Source: Thermococcus kodakarensis KOD1
GTDB lineage: Archaea > Methanobacteriota_B > Thermococci > Thermococcales > Thermococcaceae
NCBI RefSeq assembly: GCF_000009965.1
Contig: NC_006624.1
Span: forward strand, 660,001 to 692,000
Direction of reading: 5' to 3'
DNA: 32,000 bases
In this document: one piece after another, positions 26,881 to 32,000 of the stretch
How positions within the stretch are numbered: position 1 is the stretch's first letter
Layout: each line of letters starts with the position of its first letter
Position numbers and translations under genes: made by a program
Notes under the pieces: model-generated
Told to the model about the DNA's origin: nothing
Database searches by the model: none
Seen by the model: only the letters and a program-made list of their open reading frames with translations

Positions 26881-27640
26881 CCTTCATCGCCTCCAGGATG
26901 GTGTTCAGGAGCCTCTCGTTTGCGACGGCTATTATGTTGGTCTTCTCCGTTGCGCTGAGCTTGACTTCGAACTCCCTTCCCCTTTCGTCCGTTACTATTC
27001 CGCCCGCTTCCCTCACAAGGAGGACTCCAGCTGCAACGTCCGTCGGCCTAACGTAGTTCCTTATGTCAAAGACCCCATCTAAGGAGCCCCTCGCAACGTA
27101 GGCAAGCTCCACCGCTATCGCCCCGAGCACGCGGACTCGCTTCACCTTCTTCACGAGACCGAGGCATCTTCCCCGGGTATAGAAGCTCAGGGCTTCCTTC
27201 CCCGGTTCGGGTTCGTTCACCCTTATCCTCTCTCCGTTGAGGTACGCACCTTTCCCTGGCTTTGCTTCATAGAAGTTCTCAGGCAGGAACTCATAGATTG
27301 CCCCGTAGACAGGCTTCTTCCCCTTGAAGATCCCCAGGCTGAAGGCGAAGATTGGTATCCCGGCCGAGAAGTTGTAGGAACCGTCCAGAGGGTCGACGAC
27401 AACGGTGTAGTCACTCCCGCTGTCAACCGTCCCGACCTCTTCGCTGACGACGTTTACTCCGAGAGGGACGAGCCTCTTGAGTATTATGTCCTCGGCGACC
27501 TTGTCCACGTACTTTGTTACGTCTCCGCTCACGTTAGTCCCAACGTTCTCGCCGGCTTTTTTTGTCCCAAAGAGTGGCATTATTTTCTCTTCAAGCTCCT
27601 TGGCGGTATTTAGCGCTATCTCACTCCAGTTAAACTCCAT
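26870..27640 (-). CDS. suhB: inositol monophosphatase / fructose-1,6-bisphosphatase family protein (archaeal SuhB-like)
   Basis: The metal-binding motifs are SEE(V)G and VVVDPLDGSYNF, and the C-terminal motif is ...DVAAGVLLVREAGG.... It overlaps the rhomboid start by 11 nt. Confidence 0.9.
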   Translation of the reverse strand: MEFNWSEIALNTAKELEEKIMPLFGTKKAGENVGTNVSGDVTKYVDKVAEDIILKRLVPLGVNVVSEEVGTVDSGSDYTVVVDPLDGSYNFSAGIPIFAFSLGIFKGKKPVYGAIYEFLPENFYEAKPGKGAYLNGERIRVNEPEPGKEALSFYTRGRCLGLVKKVKRVRVLGAIAVELAYVARGSLDGVFDIRNYVRPTDVAAGVLLVREAGGIVTDERGREFEVKLSATEKTNIIAVANERLLNTILEAMKDEP

Positions 27641-27644
27641 AATA

Positions 27645-28454
27645 TCACCCCAGCAAGGCTATAAGCAGGTTTCTCGTCCCGGGGCCGAAGCCGAGGACGA
27701 ATATTGCCAGTTTGACGAAATTTATCAGCTCGGGGTCTTCATCTTCCATCATCCTGTCGAGTATGTAAACGACTGGAATCAAAACCAGCAATTTTTCCAG
27801 ATACATTACTGCAGGTGTGCCCGTTAGGTCTATGAGCGTCCTTGCGAGGACGTGCTGCTCCCAGAAGCCGAAGAACTGTATCCCGACAAAGGTCGTGGTC
27901 GCGTCGTAAAAGTGGGTGTAGAACAGCACTTTGTTGTCGACTATCAGTTTGAACTTCTTTGCTAGAGCCCAGATAAAGGCCTCGGAGACAGCAAGGCTCG
28001 GGATGAAGTACTTGAAGTACTCCCATCTGACAGAAAGCTTCCCCCAGTTGATTATGATTATGAAAACCAGCCCTCCCACGAGCACCCAGCCGAAGTCGCG
28101 GTATATCGGGTAGAGCCTCTCATCCGGGCCCAGATGTCTCCACACCGCAAAGAGGGAAGCTATCGCAAAGGCCGCTATGACGAAGTAGCCGCCGGGGCTA
28201 ACTGTAAGGTAAGTCCTCGGAAGCAGGCCCTCATCTGTTATGGCCCTCATCAGCGGGCCGAGGACTATGTAGGGCATCAGGGAGAGGAAAAAGCGGTCGT
28301 CTATCCTTATTCCCATCCTCTTAAGTATTCGGTAGAGGAGGAGAACCATTATTCCAAGGATTACCGCGTAGACAAGCGTGTTAACAGGGTTGTAGCCCTG
28401 GTTGTATTTTATCGGCTCAACGAAATACCTGTAAAAAAACTCCCCAACTCCCAT
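27645..28454 (-). CDS. polytopic membrane protein, probably DUF63 family
   Basis: 269 aa with about 7 hydrophobic helices. The N-terminus ...EPIKYNQGYNPVNTLVYAVILG... resembles archaeal DUF63 proteins as I recall them. This family call is from memory only. Confidence 0.6.
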   Translation of the reverse strand: MGVGEFFYRYFVEPIKYNQGYNPVNTLVYAVILGIMVLLLYRILKRMGIRIDDRFFLSLMPYIVLGPLMRAITDEGLLPRTYLTVSPGGYFVIAAFAIASLFAVWRHLGPDERLYPIYRDFGWVLVGGLVFIIIINWGKLSVRWEYFKYFIPSLAVSEAFIWALAKKFKLIVDNKVLFYTHFYDATTTFVGIQFFGFWEQHVLARTLIDLTGTPAVMYLEKLLVLIPVVYILDRMMEDEDPELINFVKLAIFVLGFGPGTRNLLIALLG

Positions 28455-28522
28455 TCGACCACCGTAGGGAGTCTTCCGATAGCCTTAAAGCTTTTCCCAC
28501 CAATAGTTTTTCGGCGATAAAA

Positions 28523-29578
28523 ATGGAGAGAAGGATTCATCTCATGCAGCTCCCAAGGGAGGTACTGCTGGGCGAGAACCTCACGGGAGAAGTTGTTAGC
28601 GTTGCCAAGAGGATAGGCCTTACTGGAAAGGCACTCGTTATCTACGGCCCAAAAACGAAGGAAATAGCTGGTAGAGATGTGGAAGATGCGATAAAATCTG
28701 CGTACGAGGTGAGCTCCCTCACCATCAGAAAAGGCGCAACGATGGAGGAAGTCGAGAGAACGATTGAAAAGATCAAGGACGAAGGCATCGGCTGGGTGAT
28801 AGCAGTTGGCGGCGGGAGCATAATAGACGTCGCCAAGCTCTCTTCATTCAAAACGGGCGTTCCCTTCATAAGCTTTCCAACAACCGCTTCCCACGACGGC
28901 ATAGCGAGTGCGAACGCTTCAATAAAGGACCTCGGCTCAAAAACGTCCGTGAAGGCCGTTCCACCAGTTGCAGTCATTGCCGACGTCAAGGTCATCAAAA
29001 CGGCACCCTACCGCTACTTAGCGGCCGGTGTTGGCGACACTATAAGCAACTTAACGGCTGTGAGGGACTGGCAGCTTGCCCATAGAATCAAAGGTGAATA
29101 CTACAGCGAGTACGCCGCATCACTCTCACTCATGAGTGCCAAGATGGTAATGCGGAACGCCGATATAATCCGCCTCGGAAACGAGGAGTCCGTCAGGAAG
29201 GTCATCAAGGCGCTCATCTCCACAGGTGTGGCCATGAGTATAGCCGGGTCTTCAAGACCAGCAAGCGGCGCTGAGCACCTCTTCAGCCACGCCCTAGACA
29301 TGCTCCTCGATAAGCCCGCCCTTCACGGCGAGCAGACGGGCCTCGGGACGATAATCATGGCCTACCTGCACGGTATGAAGTGGGAGCGCGTTAGGGAAAC
29401 CTTAAAGAGGGTCGGCGCACCTACAAACGCATACGAACTTGGGATCGACCCCGAGGTTATAATCGAGGCGCTCACCATAGCCCACACCATAAGGCCCGAG
29501 CGCTACACCATCCTCGGAAAGGACGGTTTAACTCGGGAGGCCGCTGAAAAGGCCGCTAAAATCACAGGAGTGATATGA
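28523..29578 (+). CDS. egsA: sn-glycerol-1-phosphate dehydrogenase (G1PDH)
   Basis: The sequence ...[13 protein letters not shown]..., the glycine-rich [19 protein letters not shown] and the metal-binding His in [12 protein letters not shown] are typical of the iron-ADH/DHQS superfamily member EgsA. The alternative start is Met8 (28544). Confidence 0.92.
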   Translation: MERRIHLMQLPREVLLGENLTGEVVSVAKRIGLTGKALVIYGPKTKEIAGRDVEDAIKSAYEVSSLTIRKGATMEEVERTIEKIKDEGIGWVIAVGGGSIIDVAKLSSFKTGVPFISFPTTASHDGIASANASIKDLGSKTSVKAVPPVAVIADVKVIKTAPYRYLAAGVGDTISNLTAVRDWQLAHRIKGEYYSEYAASLSLMSAKMVMRNADIIRLGNEESVRKVIKALISTGVAMSIAGSSRPASGAEHLFSHALDMLLDKPALHGEQTGLGTIIMAYLHGMKWERVRETLKRVGAPTNAYELGIDPEVIIEALTIAHTIRPERYTILGKDGLTREAAEKAAKITGVI

Positions 29579-30036
29579 TCATCCATCAGGAGGTGTTGAA
29601 AGTGGCCATAATCACGTTAGTTGGGGAAAAGCTCGCAAAACCGGGGGTTGAGTTCATATTCTACGGTCCGGCCGAGCCCTGCAAGACCTGCAAGCTCGCG
29701 GGCGTTTGTGTCGGCAACCTTGAGCCTGGAAGGCGCTACAAGATTCTCAGGGTAAGGAGCATGCCTTCCCACTCCTGCCCGCTGCACGAGGGAAAGGTCA
29801 GGGTAGTGGAGGTGGTCGAGCCGAGCATAGAGGTGGCAATAGAGCCGAGGCTTGCAGTGGTGGGCTCGGTGATAACGCTGAAGCTCGAGGACTGCCCCGA
29901 CCTGGACAAAAGGGATCTTTTCAAGCCGGAGGGGCTCTTTGACGGGGACAGCGTGAAGATAATCGAAATAACTGGGGAAGTCGAGTGCAACGGCAAGACA
30001 TACAAGATAGCCAAGGTCATGAGGAAGAAGGAGTGA
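29575..30036 (+). CDS. UPF0179-family protein
   Basis: ...[52 protein letters not shown]... shows the Cys pattern of UPF0179. The ATG at 29575 overlaps the egsA stop (ATGA). The alternative GTG at 29602 is preceded by a strong AGGAGGTG at 29588-29595. Confidence 0.72.
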
Positions 30037-30066
30037 GTCTTATTTTCCATTTTCTCTGAGAATTCT

Positions 30067-30333
30067 TTAGGAATAAACGTTCCCCCTTTTTCCTACCTTC
30101 AGGATCATCACAATTCGCTCTTCTTTGTTATACTCAAATATTACCCGATACTCTCCAACCCGGAGTCTGTAGACATTGTCGTATCCTTTCAGTTTTTGGA
30201 CGTCAAGCTTTACGAGCGGAAAGAAAGCGAGTTTGGAGATTCTGTCTTTTATAATGTCCCTCTGACTTTCGGGGACATTCTTGAGTTCCTTGAGGGCTCT
30301 TTTGCTTATGAGAATTCTGTTCTCAAAGCTCAT
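30067..30333 (-). CDS. relE: RelE/ParE-family type II toxin
   Basis: 88 aa from the ATG at 30333. MSFENRILISKRALKELKNVPESQRDIIKDRISKLA...GYDNVYRLRVGEYRVIFEYNKEERIVMILKVGKRGNVY is the classic RelE/ParE C-terminal pattern. The track's longer start adds 29 basic, junk-like residues. Confidence 0.8.
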   Translation of the reverse strand: MSFENRILISKRALKELKNVPESQRDIIKDRISKLAFFPLVKLDVQKLKGYDNVYRLRVGEYRVIFEYNKEERIVMILKVGKRGNVYS

Positions 30334-30520
30334 CCTTGACCACGTCCCATTCCATAAACTCGTCCTTTCTGCGCTTTTGAATTTCCTTAATCTCCCATTC
30401 CTCTGGCTCGGACTCTTCAATGAGCTGAAGGTTTACTTCTATGAGCTCTTTGAGGAACTTCTCTATCTCGTCTATCTTCCTCTGTATCTCAACCAGAGTA
30501 ACGCTCACAGTTCTCACCAC
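30323..30520 (-). CDS. putative antitoxin (small acidic helical protein) of the RelE pair
   Basis: 65 aa and strongly acidic/helical (IDEIEKFLKELIEVNLQLIEESEPEEWEIKEI...). It lies directly upstream of the toxin start and overlaps it by 11 nt. It has a GTG start, and I recognise no family. Confidence 0.6.
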   Translation of the reverse strand: MVRTVSVTLVEIQRKIDEIEKFLKELIEVNLQLIEESEPEEWEIKEIQKRRKDEFMEWDVVKDEL

Positions 30521-30556
30521 AAAAAGATTTGTAAAAGGACAAATTAAATTTTCCCT

Positions 30557-31360
30557 TCAGCTCCACGTCTCCGCTATGACGTCGTGCTTGTGGATGCTCT
30601 CGTTGCTGATGACCCTCACGTGGATTCTGCCCCTGAAGCGCTCCTTGGCCTTTGCGAATATCTCCCTGGCCACGTCCTCGACGAACTTCGGGTTGGCGAA
30701 CATTCCCTGGACGACGGCGTTCTCGTCCACAGTCTTTAGGAGCGTATAGGTCGGGTGGCTGAAGGAGCTTTCGACGACGTCTATCATCTCCTCAAGTGGA
30801 ATCTCTTCCTCAAAGGGTGCCCTTATCTCCAGCTCGCCGATGGCCCTCTGGATGTGGGTCTTGCCGTTGTTGTTCGCCATGGCGTGCGGACAGGCCGTGT
30901 TTCCTATCACCCTCACCCTGAGAACCTTCTCGAAGGAGCCGTCCTCATTCTTTATGACGCCGACCTCGACGTCGTAGGGTTCGTAGCTGGTCTTTTTACT
31001 GGCCGGAGTGGTTCTCGGAATTATCAGGTGCGTCTTGATCCAGACCTCAGCTCTCTTATGCGGGTGTTTTCCTTCGAGCCTCTCTATGACGGACTTTCCA
31101 AGCTCCTCTAGGGAGCTGTGGACTTTTGCCACTTCCTCCTCGACAGCTTCGCTCATGGCTTCTGTTATGCTCTCCACGAGCCTGCTCATGTGGATGCCCT
31201 TCTTCTCGGCCGGCACGTCTATGGTTACCTCTATGAGCGGAAGGAATGTGTACTCCCTTCCCTTCCAGTTTATCTTGGCGACCGTCCTTAGGTTCGTTAT
31301 GCCGACCCTTCTTAGAGGCTCTCTGATTTCGGGAACTTCTTCCTGTGTCTCGACGAACAT
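30557..31360 (-). CDS. mptA: GTP cyclohydrolase MptA (FolE2/GTP cyclohydrolase IV family)
   Basis: The sequence ...[15 protein letters not shown]......[10 protein letters not shown]......GNTACPHA... fits the FolE2/MptA (DUF198) family pattern. 267 aa. Confidence 0.88.
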   Translation of the reverse strand: MFVETQEEVPEIREPLRRVGITNLRTVAKINWKGREYTFLPLIEVTIDVPAEKKGIHMSRLVESITEAMSEAVEEEVAKVHSSLEELGKSVIERLEGKHPHKRAEVWIKTHLIIPRTTPASKKTSYEPYDVEVGVIKNEDGSFEKVLRVRVIGNTACPHAMANNNGKTHIQRAIGELEIRAPFEEEIPLEEMIDVVESSFSHPTYTLLKTVDENAVVQGMFANPKFVEDVAREIFAKAKERFRGRIHVRVISNESIHKHDVIAETWS

Positions 31361-31393
31361 TCTCTCACCCGACTGGAGTAGGCCTGCGGGTTT

Positions 31394-32000
31394 TTAAACC
31401 TCTCCCGAAGAGCAGAGGCCGAGGATGAAAGACTTCAGGTTTTCGGCGGTGTCCTCATCGATAACTACCGAGTTCTTCCTCAGCAGGATTTCGTCCCCTA
31501 TCATCGAAAGCTCGTACCCGAAGACCCCCACCCTCGTCCCGTCGAAGAACTCAAAGGTATCCTCCGGGCGCGCGCTAAAGAGGTTTGGAATCCAGTGGTT
31601 GTAAATTCCCTCGAGCCGCGGGTAGACTAGGAGAACTGGAACTCTTTTTGCCCCCAAATACTCGCTGACAAGGCGGGAGTACGTGTAGGCCTGATAAAGC
31701 TCGTCGCTCTTCCTAACGAGTTTTCTATGGGCCCTATTCTCTCCTCTGTGATACACGTAGAGGTTTCTGTATTTTACCTCAACGACGCAGGTTCCTTCGT
31801 CGGTGCTGACCACTATGTCTGGAAGGGGGTTGCCCATCATGAAGAGTGCGCCAAATCTAGCCTCGATTTCGCCCGCGTTTTTTATGACGTGGGGCAGCTG
31901 AACCTGGAATCTCACCTCTGCTTCGTTGTCGAGGACGGTCTTCAGCGTCCTGTAAACGAGCGTCTCAAAAAGCTCATCCATCCTGATGAACACTCCTGGA
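31394..32000 (-). CDS. McrC-like PD-(D/E)xK nuclease-domain protein, C-terminal part (gene probably continues beyond the right edge)
   Basis: The motif is NPLPDIVVSTDEGTCVVEVKYRNL (PD...ExK followed by Y), then ...VLLVYP. The track start at 31993 is a GTG, and the frame remains open to position 32000. Confidence 0.6.
   Translation of the reverse strand, partial: PGVFIRMDELFETLVYRTLKTVLDNEAEVRFQVQLPHVIKNAGEIEARFGALFMMGNPLPDIVVSTDEGTCVVEVKYRNLYVYHRGENRAHRKLVRKSDELYQAYTYSRLVSEYLGAKRVPVLLVYPRLEGIYNHWIPNLFSARPEDTFEFFDGTRVGVFGYELSMIGDEILLRKNSVVIDEDTAENLKSFILGLCSSGEV

Overview
This window looks like chromosomal DNA from a Thermococcales archaeon, probably a Thermococcus. The evidence is archaeal-only genes (sn-glycerol-1-phosphate dehydrogenase, XerA, XPD, type II GAPDH, MptA), an intron-containing tRNA with an encoded CCA, BRE/TATA-type promoters with GGTG ribosome-binding sites, and coding regions mostly above 50% G+C. 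Most of it is a dense housekeeping backbone: an intein-containing Lhr helicase, gap, a PadR regulator divergent from an MMPL exporter, two M42 peptidases, a Toprim-protein/xerA operon, sfsA, xpd, rhomboid, suhB-like IMPase, egsA and mptA.

Three low-G+C patches interrupt the backbone:
- 11926-14039: a single-gene island encoding a solitary OLD-family ABC-ATPase + Toprim nuclease. This is the best candidate for an uncharacterised defence function.
- 25181-26096: an ORF-free stretch of about 0.9 kb, dense in repeats and hairpins, abutting the 3' end of an intron-containing tRNA(CAU).
- 30037-30556: a RelE-type toxin/antitoxin pair.

A McrC-like PD-(D/E)xK nuclease gene runs off the right edge.

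Three genes carry reading-frame lesions that the ORF track hides:
- An in-frame TGA at 9493-9495 splits one roughly 1364-codon MMPL gene.
- An in-frame TGA at 19929-19931 falls 16 codons into a gene that has its own promoter and RBS.
- A frame shift near 22115 splits a roughly 228-codon gene.

I also report a Thermococcales glycolytic motif (TGM) variant upstream of gap and a triple ACATGT candidate operator between padR and the MMPL gene.

All calls rest on reading the sequence and on family motifs I recognise. No database search was run.
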